Origin: Chiloscyllium plagiosum
Taxonomy: Eukaryota
Length of the DNA stretch: 64,000 nt
Reading direction: 5' to 3'
NCBI RefSeq assembly: GCF_004010195.1
Contig: NC_057732.1
Coordinates: 45,848,098 to 45,912,097 of the forward strand
The notes under the pieces: model-generated
The model's database searches: none
Told to the model about the DNA's origin: nothing
Seen by the model: the letters and a program-made list of their open reading frames with translations, nothing else
Made by a program: the position numbers and the translations under genes
Part shown: positions 24,961-37,900 of the stretch, one piece after another
How positions within the stretch are numbered: position 1 is the stretch's first letter
How the letters are laid out: every line of letters starts with the position of its first letter

Positions 24961-25180
24961 AGAATAGAATAGAATCCCTACAGTGTGGAAACAGGCCCTT
25001 CAGTCCAACAAGCCCACATTGACCCTCCGAAGAGTAACCCACCCCGACCTATTCCCCTATATTTACCCCTGATGTACCTACCCTATTCATCCCTGTACAC
25101 TCTGGGCAATTTAGCATGGCCAATTCACTGAACCTGCACATCTTTGGATTATGGGAGGAAACCAGAGCACCCGGAGGAGG
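24961..25180 (-). mobile_element. HE1-type SINE, 5'-truncated
   Basis: Tail and V-domain match other copies. Confidence 0.85.
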
Positions 25181-25347
25181 ACAAACTAAACTGTGACCCA
25201 GTTTCCACCTTCATTGAGAGGTAAAACAATCTGCAGCACTGTTCGAAGAGGAGTGGGGAACTACTCCTGCCCAAAACCACCAGGAATAAATTATATTGAC
25301 ATCCACCTTATTGCTGATTGGAGACTCTTGCTGTGTGCAAACTCGAT

Positions 25348-25461
25348 ATAGTGGCACCAGTGTTGGACTGGGGTAGCTACCTGAAGGAGGAGCAGTGCTC
25401 CGAAAGCTAGTGCTTCCAAATAAACCTGTTGGACTATAATCTGGCGTTGTGTGATTTTTAA
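25348..25461 (+). mobile_element. Family B PLE mini-element with near-intact hammerhead (25381-25409)
   Basis: ctgaaggaggagcagtgctccgaaagcta; TSD-like ctgtgt(g/a)caaact on both flanks. Confidence 0.85.
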
Positions 25462-27219
25462 CTGTGTACAAACTGATTGTTGCACTTTGAGAATATCCCA
25501 CATTACAGAAGTCTTGACACGTTGTTGGATATCCCGAGATTGTGAAAAGTTCAATGTCAATTTAAGTGCTTTCTTACTGCGAAAATAGGAACCAAGAATT
25601 GTAAGATCATTGTATTCCACGTGAGGGAATGCTTCACATTAGTTAAAGATAGGACAGCCAATTAACATTGCATTACTGCACTGATTGGTGTAAGTCTAGT
25701 CTGCATGCAAATCAGAACAGAAGCAGATGGTTTCACAAAATAAAAATAATTCATTGAAATTATCAACATTCGTCTTTGTATTCATGCCCAATTTTACTCC
25801 ATCCCTCGTCCAGCGGGGATGTTTAAAATGTAATCTTTGCAACGACACAACACTGGTCTGTTGATAGGCTAAGACTGAGAGAAAAGGGCACTAATTGTTT
25901 CTAGGTTTGTTTTTCCCAGGCACGTATCATATTTATTATCATTAGATTCACAAGGGGAGTTGGTGGCTCACACCCTCTCCAGTGGGTCCTGCCTGGAAAT
26001 CTTCCCCAATACATGCTCAGCTCTCCACAGTCACAAAGAAGGGGTGTTAGCAAGGGAGCCAAGCTTACTCCATCTAATTAGTCTGGTGACAGCCCGAGTT
26101 CACTTTGTTCCTCTACTTTCTGCGATCTTATTCCAAGACCTCTGTGCTTTTTTTCTGCTATTTTGTCCCACGTGCACACTGAAAGCACTCTGCGCACTCC
26201 GTACACAGCATAAAAAAACTCCAGTGACCCTGTCAATGTCTTTGCAAGTCACTACTGCCCCTCCATTTGTTATACAGTTATTACATGAGGCAAATTCTGA
26301 TTACATATCGCCTATTTCTTTTTCCTTCATACTCATTTCGGAGAATGGAGATGGCACACTGGTAATATCACTGGACCCATAATCCAGAAGTCCAGGATAA
26401 CATTGTGGGGCCATGGGTTTAAATCCCAGCATGACAGATGGTGAAACTTGATGGTGAAACTTGAAGTCAGTGAAAATCTGGCTAGCCTAACAGGTACCTT
26501 GTCAATTCTCACAAAAATGTGAATGATTCTATATTAAGAATACAGATTCTGGAATCTGAAACAAGCATCGAAAATGCTGCAAAATCTCAGAGTTAACATT
26601 TTGACTTGTTTTGGACTCAAAATTTTAACTGCTTCTTTCTCCACAGATGCTGCCAGATTTGGGTGACTCTTTACTGCCCTCTGGGCAATTTTCCCTATGT
26701 GTAATTTGTAAAAAAAAGATGCTTCTCATAGAAACATTTTGGTACTACAGCTAAATAAAAATTGAACATACTATTATGCAGTAGCAGAATGTGACATGGA
26801 TTAACATCATGTGCCCTCATACCCACAATCCCCTCAAACCCATCTGGATTGTCATGGTAACTGAACATCTCTATTCATTTGCCTGGGAGGAAACCAAGCC
26901 TCAGGCTCATTCGTGGAGATTCCTCCAACTGTAGGCAACCAACTCCTGGTGCTCCATTGATCCTTCCTGCCACAGACCATGGCACTGTGCAGCCAGTCAT
27001 CGAAAGAAACAATGGGTGGAAGTTACAAAGGCAAATAAAAATGTCCTTCTTTCAGACACAGAAAGCACCATGTGTACTTTGCAATTGATTCCTCAGAGAA
27101 GTTAACAAGCAGCTATAACTAATTTGGACATAATCACAAAATATTGAACCAGAGGATCAGAATATTTGAACCATTAAATTCTCTTCTATGACTACGCAAG
27201 AATATTCTTTCAAGTGGCT

Positions 27220-27301
27220 GATAGTGTGGCCAAGCGATCTAAGGCGCTGGATCCAGGTTCCAGTCTCTAAGGAGGCGTTGGTTCAAATCCCACTTCTGCC
27301 A
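27220..27301 (+). pseudogene. tRNA-Leu pseudogene (Leu-AAG/TAG-type body, anticodon now reads CAG)
   Basis: GATAGTGTGGCCAAGCGATCTAAGGCGCTGGATCCAGGTTCCAGTCTCTAAGGAGGCGTTGGTTCAAATCCCACTTCTGCCA is colinear with vertebrate tRNA-Leu (82 nt, long variable arm); acceptor stem mismatches, D-loop GG>GA, U33>C. Confidence 0.85.
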
Positions 27302-27472
27302 TTTCTGTGGATCAACTGTTACACAGTAGCATGTTCAAATGCCGTGTTAAGCACTTTTGTATTTAAGTTCAAAACAAAAAAAAATGTGGTTTTGCTTCCT
27401 GGAGAATTAACTGTGGTGTGGGAGAGTGCAGACTTTCTCAAAGGGGTCAGTGTCTGTGCTGTCCTGAGCGGT

Positions 27473-27789
27473 GGGCAGCACGGTGGCACAGTGGTTAACA
27501 CTGCTGCCTCACAGCGCCAGAGACGCGGGTTCAATTCCTGCCTCAGGCAACTGTCTGTGTGGAGTTTGCACATTCTCCCCGTGACTGCGTGGGTTTCCTC
27601 CGGGTGCTCCAGTTTCCTCCCACAGTCCAAAAATGTGCAGGTTAGATGAATTGGCCATGCTAAATTGCCCATAACGTTAGGTGAAGGGGTAAATGCAGGG
27701 GAATGGGTCTGGTTGGGTTGCCCTTCGGAGGGTCGGTGTGGACTTGTTGGGCCGAAGGGCCTGTTTCCATGCTGTAAGTCATCTAATCT
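27473..27789 (+). mobile_element. HE1-type SINE, full length
   Basis: GGGCAGCACGGTGGCACAGTGG...GGTTCAATTCC...V-domain...tail. Confidence 0.92.
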
Positions 27790-28534
27790 GACTTGGTTTT
27801 GCGAAATGCAACTTCTCTGCGACATATAACATCAGTGCCATTATTTTTACTACCTGATCAAATAACAGAAAGTAAAAGTACAAGTGTAACAGTCATTCAC
27901 TGCAGATAGGAAACAAAAAGTGCATCATACTAATGCATCCGCTCAAAGAGCAAAACTCCTGACAACTTATTGATGTGAGCCAATACTCCCAAAGTACTTG
28001 GGATCAGTGACAACATTCTTGGTAACACAGGCCAAGAACTCAATGGCAGAGAACACTTTTGAAAATTAAATCGAAAATTATATTTGAAATTATAAAAGAT
28101 CAGTGGATGTACCTGAGGGTACCAACAGTGTGTGAATGCTCCGTAGGTTACCCAAGGTGACCATGAGTGCTCCTGAGGGGACTCAGTGGCTGACACTCCT
28201 GAGATCATTGAAGAATAGTGAAATGCTGAAGGGCACCAATTTAATGAGAAGTTGATAAGCCAACTGTTCAACATTCATTTCAGTGATTTCATAAAATTAA
28301 CAGTCTCACTGAAAATTCTCAAAACATATTTCCCAAATGCTTGCAAACACACAGAGTACCAAAGAGGTGCTTTTGTATAATCCCTTTCTCAGCTCCTGAA
28401 ACATCTGAAAATGTACCAGATAAGATGAAAAATGTCTGAAGTACAAGGATTGTTGTTATCAGCAGTAAATGTGGCAGGCATCTGTGCAGAGCAAGATCCC
28501 ACAAAAAGAATCCAGACAGAAATTCCAGGAAAAA

Positions 28535-28660
28535 CGCAGTTCTGAAGAAGGGTCACGGAACCAGAGTATTAACTGCTTTCTCTCCACAGAAGCCGTCAGA
28601 CCTGCTGAGCTTTTCCAGCAATTTCTGTTTTTGTTTTGGATTTCCAGCATCCACAGCTCT
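28535..28660 (+). mobile_element. Family C PLE tail, degenerate hammerhead
   Basis: cagttctgaagaagggtcacggaacc...cagacctgctgagcttttccagc. Confidence 0.75.
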
Positions 28661-29705
28661 TTCCTTTTTTTTTTACTGTCATGGGGAATCCTGTTTTCCT
28701 GACCAAGACAGATATAAAAAGTCACACTTTTTCACATCAGGATGCATTAACAAAATATACAAGCATTTTAAATATAACTGCAGCTGCTAATGTCTGCAAT
28801 GAAGGCAACTGTCGTCTGATTAAGCACCAAATTTCCTACTTTTCCATCTTGCTGGCTTCCACTATTGGTTACAGTCTGATTGTGGGTTAGATCACAGTCT
28901 TTAAAAATTGTGAACACTCAAGGGAAATGTCTGTAAGAGAGTCAACTCTATGAATGCACTCCAGTTTATAAAAAAAAAAATGCACAGCACTAGCTTGAGA
29001 AAAGCTCTGAGGCATGGCATGTCCTGTTGTGTTACGCATGCATGAGTATGTTGCTTACAAGCTCACGGGCTGGGGGACTATTTACGAATACTATTCCATG
29101 ACACTGTTTAGGGAAAGGATGAAAAGTTCTGATTTGGGCTGGGGCTGGAAGGGGTGTTGGGGGCGGGGGGAATGTTGGGTTGAGGTGTGTGCAGTTGACA
29201 CTTTGGAACCGAACGCTGTGAACGCTGTCTCGCTGCTTTGCCTCTGCGGTCAACATTTGAATACTACACCTAATTCATGTGACATGCCTTCTTATCTGCA
29301 ATTGTCATGGAGGCACTTATCCAGTTAATGTCAACGGTTCAATGCTTCCTTTAAAATAGCAACATTTGCGGACAAAGTGGCTGTGGGATATATTGGAGAT
29401 GACATTACTGCAATTCTGGTGCTAATTAACTCTGAAGACAAGGCCCCAATCCCAAAGTCTTGGTCATGCTTTTGCCCAATGTAAATGCTTCCATCAGGAA
29501 AGTCAAAAGGAGAAAAATTATGCTTAAGTTGCACCCAAAGACTTTCTTTATTATTAAATTAAAAAGGGACACACTGCATCACCAAAAAAAAAACCCAGGA
29601 GGACAATTCCCTGAAACACCATTTAGTTGGTAAATATTCTGAGGATACACTTCTATCACGTGAGAGTAAAGTGGTGAATGATAACAAACCTTGGAAATGT
29701 TCATT

Positions 29706-29995
29706 GAATCCCTACAGTATGGAGGCAGGCCATTTGGCCCATTAAGTCTACATTAACCCTCCAAACAGCATCACAGGACCAGGCCCCTCCACTGTATCCC
29801 TGTAAATCCCACATTTCCTTTGACCAATCCACTTAACCTGCACATCTTGGGACTGTGGGAGGAAACAGAGCATGCAGAGGAAACCCACACATTACAGGGA
29901 GAATGTGCAAACTCCACACACACAGTCACCCGAGAGTTGAATCGAACTCAGGTCCCTGGCAGTGTGAGGCAGCAGTGCTAACTGCTGTGCCGTCC
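29706..29995 (-). mobile_element. HE1-type SINE (older)
   Basis: Homology to other copies. Confidence 0.85.
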
Positions 29996-30304
29996 TAGTG
30001 ATTTAGTGCATTTTCCTGAGTTATTTTAATGTTTAGTGAGAACAGTGTTTTTATCACTGTTTTTATGTACATTGGGTGCAGGTTCATCTGCTGAGTCAAA
30101 CTCATCAGATATTCATTAGCCTCAAAGACATTGGGGTGTTTTTAAACTTAATAATTCAGTTTACTAAGCTTAATTTTTTTTTAAAAAAGGAGTCACTGTA
30201 CAGTCACTCAAGGAACAGCTACAAATCATATGATTAAACATTACATTTCTTTCAATCAGAAGCATGTGGTTTGCGTTTATTAATTTTCTAATTAACATCA
30301 CTGA

Positions 30305-30405
30305 AAAACATCAACAGGAATCACTGGAGAAACTCAGCAGGTCTGGCAGCAGCTGTGAAGAGAAAGCAAAGTTCACGTTTCAGGTCCAGTGATCCTTCTT
30401 CAGAA
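30305..30405 (-). mobile_element. Family C PLE mini-element
   Basis: Minus strand ttCTGAAGAAggatcactggacctGAAACgtgaac...agacctgctgagtttctccag. Confidence 0.78.
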
Positions 30406-30812
30406 AGCTGGGAAACATTACCTGGTTGCTGTTGATTGAGGGAGCCTGCTGTGTATAAATTTGCAGAGACTTTTCACACATTACAATACTGGCTCCACTT
30501 CAACAGAAAAAAAATAATTGTAAAGTACGAGAGAGTGTCCTAAAGGTTGTGAAAGTGCTCCATAAATGCAAGATATGTTTTTCCTTTCAGATATTTAATG
30601 CTTAGAAATAAGATCAAATCACAGCCTAACTATGCGCATGTTCGAGTTCACCATTATTTTGCTGTCTTTTCCAGGGTAGGTCAACTTTGACTAAAGATAG
30701 ATATGACAATATGGAAGTTACATAGAGAAAGGGCCATTCAGCCCATTTAGTTCATGCTGCATGTCAAACTGCATGGTGGTCACTTCCCAGCTGATATCAT
30801 CTCGCCCCACCA

Positions 30813-31160
30813 GGGCAGCACGGTGGCTCAGTGGTTAGCACTGCTGCCTCACAGCACTGGGGACCTGGGTTTGATTCCTGCCTCAGTGGACTGACTGTGT
30901 GGAATTTGCATATTCTCCCCAAATCTGCATAGGTTTCTGCGGAGTGTTCCGGTTTCCTCCCACAGTCCAAAGGTGTGCAGATTAGATGGATTGGTCATGG
31001 GAAATTGCCCATAGTATCCAGAGATGTACAGGCTAGATGGATTAGCCTTTGCAAAAGCAAGGTTACAGGGATTGGTGTGGGGCTTAGTGGAATGCTCTTT
31101 GGAGGTTGGTGTGGACTCGATGGGCCAAATGGTCTACTTTCACACAATAGGGATTCTATC
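30813..31160 (+). mobile_element. HE1-type SINE
   Basis: gggcagcacggtggctcagtggttagcactgctgcctcacagc head and V-domain. Confidence 0.9.
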
Positions 31161-32058
31161 AGCCTGTTATTCTGCTTTCTCCATCACATACTTAGAGGAA
31201 TTTTACTCCAACACCTGGCAAAGGCAGTTGTGTAGCCAAACACAAGTCCAGGGTCAAAACTCTCCATATTCCTCAGTAAGGGTTAAGCAAACGTATTCAG
31301 GGAAGCCGTGTCCCAGTGCGACAAACAGTTACAGAAAGAAGTTTCTTTATGTCAGCCAGTATTTCTGTGCATATCAAAGACAGGTGATGCTAAAAGGAGG
31401 AGGATACGGTGCTCTCAGTGGGTGCCTGCAGTTTGGAGTGACAGCATTGCAATTTAATCCACCTCTTATTTGCTGCGCTGATGGGCACTTTCTGAACTGT
31501 AGGTGGCGGTGGGGGAGGGGGTGGCGGAGATACTTGTCAACATGAACTTTTCCCTATCTACCTAGCCTTGGCATCCCTTCATCCAATCCCCATCACCGAA
31601 CACAGTCACAGTCAACTAGGGCATCTCTTTGTACTGCCCCAGGGCAATCAGCTGACTGACAAAGTAGGACGTTCTCAACCCTAACAGTCATGCTTCACAT
31701 TAAACAATGCCTTTACTATCAGACTGTTCAGGGAGCCTACAGGGGAACACTTGACACAGAAACACAGCACTATTGTTTGCACTACTAGCTCAATGATCCT
31801 AAGTTAGCTAACCAACAAATACAATCCAGCACACTTAATGCTGGAAACTCTGCAGCTCCAGTGTCAAATAGCAAGTACCAGTGCAAGCAGCACTTATCCA
31901 AATGATAACACCCGCAGTTGACAGCATAGCTGACTAGATCTCACACTCGAAGAGTTCTCAAAATGTTTTGACGTATGCGACAAAGAAATAGCTTCCTTTT
32001 GAAACTTTTAAATGCACACTTATTAAAGCTGACAGATCCTTGCATGACCTTACAAGCA

Positions 32059-32206
32059 CAGCAGGTCAGGCAGCATCCTGAAGGGCTTTTGCCTGAAATG
32101 TCGATTTTCCTGCTCCTCGGATGCTGCCTGACCTGCTGTGCTTTTCCAGCACCACTCTAATCTTGACTCTGATCTCCAGCATCTGCAGTTCTCACTTTCA
32201 CCTGAG
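32059..32206 (+). mobile_element. Family A PLE mini-element with short inverted arm
   Basis: TSD cttacaagca at 32049-32058 and 32207-32216. Confidence 0.85.
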
Positions 32207-33030
32207 CTTACAAGCAACCTAACATACTAAAGGCAGTATACATGCTCCGTATGGATGTTAAAGCATACGCACAAACTCTTAAAACTCTGGTGCTTCTGAA
32301 CTGTAGTCTTCAAATTCCAAGCAATCCATTTTCGTTTAAATTCTTTTGTTGAATTTGAGTTAGGCTGCCAAGACCATTGTGTATTGCTGATCTACAACTG
32401 TCCTTGAGAAGTTGTCAGGGAGCGGCCTTCTTGAGCAACCACTGTCCAATCGGAATACAACACTATTGTTCCTTTAACCCAATAAACCCCAAGGCACTAT
32501 AAAGGCATTACCAAACAAAACAAGAGATTCCGCCAGGTTCGAGATATTATGGCAAAATCTTGGCCAAAGCTGAATTTAAAGGAATGTTTAAACGGAGGAA
32601 ATCAAGCTGGAGGGGGTTTCAGAGAGATATCCTCGAGCTCAAGGTCTCAGTGACTGAAGGCATAGACTCCAACCATGGAGCGAAGAAAGCCAGGGACCGC
32701 TCAAACAAATTTGAGGGTTGTGCAAATATCGGCAGCTATAAGCTAGAGTAGAGATCATTGAGGGACTTGAAAATCATCACATTTCCTAAGTGGGAGCCAA
32801 TATAAATTAATGGGCACAAGAGTAATGGAAAGTGGAATTTAGTGCTGGGCGTGCAGAGTGTTGGATGACCTATGGAAGTGGAGGGTCATAGGCAGCACTG
32901 GGTAATGAGGATTTGAGCAGCAGAATATCCCAAGGCACATGTCGATTAGAAACAATTAAAGCTTTAATTGACATGAACCTGTCTGTACTTAACACCTTGG
33001 GGCCTTGAAGTACAGGAGACATTCTCCACT

Positions 33031-33162
33031 CATTCCTGATGAAGAGCGTATGCTTGAAACGTCAATTCTCCTGCTCCTTGGATGCTGCCTGAGTGGCTGC
33101 GCTTTTCCAGCACCACACTACTTGACTCTGATCTCCAGCATCTGCCGTTCTCACTTTCTCCT
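33031..33162 (+). mobile_element. Family A PLE mini-element; hammerhead 33036-33063
   Basis: CUGAUGA-A-GAGC(GUAU)GCUU-GAAAC-GUC: stem II variant that keeps pairing. Confidence 0.85.
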
Positions 33163-33508
33163 GTCTCCATAGGAGAACACGGTACATTACATAGTGTAAC
33201 AATCCTGTTTCAGTAAATGACTCCCTCACAATCAGCAATGCTACAGGTGATCTACTGACATTGGTAGTAGACCAATGGGCAATCTGTAAGTTTCTAAGCC
33301 ATATTTCAAACATATTAAAAAAATGTAGTCAATCATTTGCAACACATGAAGAAAGATCATCCAAAAATTCAAGGGTCTGGAGCCTCAACTGATCACTGAT
33401 ATCTGGTGGTGCACAGTAACAAGTTTCAATAAAACACCTGTATACGTTAAAACTAAGTGGTCACCAGTTTAGAGATAGTCAGAAAGGCATGTTATATAGC
33501 CAGTTGAC

Positions 33509-33548
33509 TGTCTCTCTCTCTCTCTCTCTCTCACTCACACACACACAA
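33509..33548. repeat. (CT)n(CA)n microsatellite
   Basis: Seen directly. Confidence 0.9.
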
Positions 33549-33621
33549 ACTAAATCCACATTGACTTAATGTGCTTGCTTCCGAGACATCGCCCCATGCT
33601 TTCTTAAATATCCAGACTAAC

Positions 33622-33784
33622 CATACGCGCACTCTTGTACAATGCCATAATTTAATAGTCTGTCATATCTCTGGGGTGTCTTCAAGTCATGGCTACTGTT
33701 ACAGTTAGTCAATGAAGAGGTGACACACTGCTCTGAATCTACCTCATTGTCTGATGCTGCTTGAACAGCTCCACGACAGATTAC
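33622..33784 (-). CDS. Possible internal exon of an unidentified gene
   Basis: Acceptor ggtctttttcag, donor G|gttagt; open frame VICRGAVQAASDNEVDSEQCVTSSLTNCNSSHDLKTPQRYDRLLNYGIVQECAY; no homology recognised. Confidence 0.3.
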
Positions 33785-34289
33785 CTGAAAAAGACCAGCA
33801 CTGAGGATGGAGCTCACTGCAGCCTGTTACTTGCAAGGTGACGGGAAACCAACCACAAACAGCAGCAATTTAAAACAAGTAACATTTTTATGATTTTGAG
33901 GCTGTGGAGAACACAAGTTGTATTAGGAAAAGGAACCAGCTCAGTTCGATAAAATGTCTCATCAGTCCCATGTACCTAGTCGTCCTTCTAACTCTTCTCT
34001 CTTCAAAAACACATCCTATTGGCTTTCAACATGTAGAAATGTGCAGCAAATTAATCCAGACGAATCAGGGGTAAAATGCATAGGACTAAGGAGAAGATGA
34101 TAAGCAGTCAGAGTGAGTAAATTAGCTTTTTTCTCTTAATTTCCCATCTAATTCAAAAGGAGCAAAAGTCCCTTCATCACTTACTTTTTCTCAATAACCA
34201 TCTGACTGGAGTTTGCACCAAATCTGCATTCAGTAGAGTCAGCGATAACCTCGGAGGCCTGAATTCTCAAAAGATTAGATTCTAACGGT

Positions 34290-34500
34290 GACCATAAAAT
34301 CTCCTGTTGGAAAAATCCCATCTGATTCACTAATGTTCTGCAGGGAAGGAGACTGCCATCTTTACCTGATCTGGCCTACATATGATTCTGACCCACAGCA
34401 ATGGGGTTGACTCTGAACTGTCCTCTGGGTAATTGGGGGTGGGCAATAAATGCTAGTCTAGCCAGTGAGGCCCTCCTCATGAGAATGAATAAAAAAAAAT
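34290..34500 (+). mobile_element. Old SINE of another family (related copies near 7420-7620, 26340-26520, 46160-46330)
   Basis: Shared core cagggaaggagactgccatctttacctgatctggcctacatatga and tail gggcaataaatgct...gaatgaataaaaaaa. Confidence 0.6.
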
Positions 34501-34587
34501 ACTTCATTCACAGACACAGCTTGCTTTAGGGTAAGATTCAGCTCATGCTGCCTCTAAATTACTCCAGCAGTCCATCATTCTCTCTGG

Positions 34588-34750
34588 AGCAAAAACAGAA
34601 GTTGGAGAAACTCAGCAGGTCTGGCAGCATCTGGGGAGAGAGAAACAGAGTTGATGTTTCACTGATATGACTCTTCTTCAGTTCCACAGAATTTCTTCAG
34701 CACTTTCTGTTTTCATTATATTTTTGTCTCTGGTATTTTGCTTTTATTCT
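34588..34750. mobile_element. Family C-like degenerate palindromic PLE element
   Basis: agaaactcagcaggtctggcagcatct...gactcttcttcag. Confidence 0.65.
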
Positions 34751-35169
34751 TGTTGAGGTCCCTTGCTGTGACATAGTGATTCCATAGTTAAAATTTTGTC
34801 AGAGCCACAGGGATTCTAAACAAAATACTGACATTAGGATTCTGACATTAGGAAGGAGCCCAATAAACATGGTCTCTGGTCCAGGACTTGCTGGTACCAA
34901 CAGGAACAGACATTGCTGCGTACTGCATCCAGTAGAGGGGTCCAGGAATGTCACAGGATCCCAAATAAAGGTGAGCGAGGGAAGAAGTGGAGATTGACGG
35001 TTGGGCTGGGAATGAGGAGAGGGCCTGGCTGTCATCAGAACCCTTTCCTAACGATCAATCCCTCTAACAGGCACAGCTTCCGCAATTCAGAGGGTTGGCC
35101 AAATAACTCCTCTGCGTTGTCCATTTATCAAAATGGCAGCCGTGCTCAGTGGGGAGAGAACTCAAGGAC

Positions 35170-35600
35170 CACTCCAGAGATGTGGGCCCCATACCTTAGG
35201 CTGACAACTCAGCAAGGGAGTGTTGCACAGTCAGAAGGTCAGTGCTGAGGGAGTGTTGCACAGTCAGAAGGTCAGTGCTGAGGGAGTGTTGCACTGTCAG
35301 AAGGTCAGTGCTGAGGGAGTGTTGCACTGTCAGAAGGTCAGTGCTGAGGGAGTGCTGCACTGTCAGAAGCGTTGTCTTCTCAGAAGAGATGAGGCTCTGA
35401 CAGTCCTCTCACACGGATGTGAAAGATCCCAGCAAGAACAGCTCATGTTCTGGCCGAAACGTATCCCTCACCCAGCATCTGAAACAAATAAATCTTGGAC
35501 AGGCATCTATTTTGCTTGTGGGATCTTGCCGTACAGAATTGAGCAGCTGTGTCTCTTGCAATATGAAAGACTCTTGAGATTATGAAGGATAGGTGATCAA
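35170..35600 (+). mobile_element. DeuSINE/SacSINE1-like SINE containing a 33-bp tandem expansion (35216-35369)
   Basis: About 4.7 x gggagtgttgcac(a/t)gtcagaaggtcagtgctga, followed by Deu-domain-like and tail sequence. Confidence 0.65.
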
Positions 35601-35884
35601 TATTCTATTGCTTATCCAGTGCTTGACCAGACTCTCTATAACCTTCCCATCTCCCTCCCTCGATTCCTGCTGGTTGTCTACATGGCAATACTGTGTCTTA
35701 AGAGATGGATTCTGTTCCTGTTTTGCTTGCAGAGGAGTGCTGTCACAGTGGTGCCCAAGTGTCTATTTCAGGCAGGCAGCTGGTAAACAGCTTTGAGTAT
35801 TCACTGCTTTTTGTAAAATAAAAGAATCATGAGTGGGTGGGGTCAGGTACATTGACTCAGAAGACTTCAATTTTGCTTTGTTCA

Positions 35885-36109
35885 TGCAGTAAAGTTGGTT
35901 GAACTATAACACGGTAACTCCGTTCTCGTGCAACCCCGTGTTAAGAAAATTGCATAATAGCAGCACCAGTTAAAGTAACGAGGTTGGAAGTACAATATAA
36001 CCAATACACCTTTAAAAGTTTGCATCTTAGAAATAGTGTCCCTAACTTGTCAATTGTGTTAGAATGAATTCACATGAGCGAAACGGATGTTATAGCAGAA
36101 CGGCCTGTA
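35885..36109. mobile_element. Tigger/pogo-like MITE
   Basis: Right end gttatagcagaacggcctg|TA; degenerate left TIR containing ctataacacg. Confidence 0.5.
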
Positions 36110-37671
36110 GGATCTTGCTGGCTGCTGGAACCGAAAGCTTGAGTCCACTGCTGTCAGAGTGAAGTCTTGGACAGAGAGGCTGCCTCTTCAAAATCAAAAG
36201 GGGCAGTTTGTCTCTCTCAGTGTTTCTCTGGAGACAGATAGCAAGTGAGAACAACAATTCTGTTGGGAAATGGTCTTTGCCAAGCGTGCGTTTATGGGAT
36301 GCTGCCTATAGTGGGACAGTTGATGATTAGTGGTTAAGCAATACATTATGTAATTCAAGAGACTAAAGTTAGGCCAATTCTTTTTTTGCTGTATTTTAAC
36401 TGTGTTGTAAGAATAAAGGGCCTTATACTTCTTAAAAAATATAAAAGTTAGGATCAAGACTATCTCCATAATACACTTGGAGATGGGGCGGTGGGGGGAT
36501 GATGGTGTTCTGGTCTCGTCCACAACAAACTCTAAACCGAGCTCAATGGAGGAGCTGCATTACCCAATCCATCATTTTCACCTGTCCCTATGTAACAACT
36601 TCCCTTCTCAAATCACTTCAAAAGGCAGTTTGTTTGGGAAGGCCACTGTAAAAAACTGCTTTTGGATAGGTTAACCAGAAAGCTGCCACACTCAGCACGA
36701 AACACCACCTTCGGACAAAGGTTGGTCAAAGGGAAAACAAAAATCCTGTCGCCGGGATCTGCTGGGTACCTGCCAACACATCTGATGCCTACGGTTTTAT
36801 TCGCGAGAGTAACAAACATAGCCTGATCCTCATGAGTGACAAGTTGTGTGAGCAGTACTTTGTCAGCATTGACATGCTAGATCAATACTTCCACTAAATG
36901 CCAACTGGAATCTGAGTGGAAAGGCCAATGTCAGTCAACGTTTGACTGACAAACTGCCCTTATCTGAGTGCCTGCACGCCTCATTGACTGAAAATGCAAG
37001 CATTTATCTTGTTGTCAACCATTTAAAGCCTTTCAGCTTCAAAGTAGTTTTTCTGCAACAAGCCAAAAGGTATGTTTTGATGATAAATCTCTTTCATGTG
37101 CAGAGAAATGGCATTCCACGGTCTCTTCACCACCTCCACCATCTTCCCACCCCTCCCCCAGCCCCCCAAAACTCCGCTGTTACTTTCTTGTCCTCATTTG
37201 GAAATGCTGCTCTCCTTGGGACCTGCCGCTCTGCCCAACTTTGCCCAACTTGTCATTCTTAGTCTGTAACCTTAAAAGGCAAGAGGGGCTACTTTTAACT
37301 CAGACCTTCCAGGAGGGAAGCACTGAGTTGTCAGGGATAGATGGAAATGCGGAATTCCAAACGCAAACCGATCAACCATGATCTCAGTTAATCACAAAGC
37401 AGGCTCAAAGGGCCGGATGATTTTGTATATTTATCACAGCTGTTTTATACCCTGCCCGGATTAGGAGAGCGATATCAAGAGGGGTATGTATCCGTGACAA
37501 AACAGGTCAGGTCAAGAGTGTGCCCTGAGAGTTGGCAGGCTGTCTGACTGTGGAAGGCATCACAGCCAGATCAGACTTTACTCTCTTCAGAGTCCCAAAT
37601 ACAACATTTCTCTGGCCAATGTCATTTTACTTCAGAGGGGGAACTCTGACCAATGTGACGACTTTCAGTGG

Positions 37672-37900
37672 GGATAGAGTCATAGAGATGTTCAGCATAG
37701 AAACAAACCCTTCAGTCCAACCCGTCCAGATATCCCAACCCAATCTGGTCCCACCTGCCAGCACCCAGCCCATATCCCTCCAAACCTTTCCTATTCATAT
37801 ACCCATATAGATGCCTTTTAAATGTTCCAATTGTACTAGCCTTCACCACTTCCTCTGGCAGCTCATTCCACAAACGTGAGTGAAAAAGTTGCCCTCTCAC
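37672..37900 (-). mobile_element. CR1/HER1 LINE 3' end
   Basis: 'LWNELPEEVVKASTIGTFKRHL' and tail. Confidence 0.88.

Noticed and set aside
25291-25620. 109-aa ORF resembling an exon interrupted by a PLE
   Set aside because: Sequence matches the degenerate SINE tail seen elsewhere (about 28350-28510, 30430-30580, 35500-35600)
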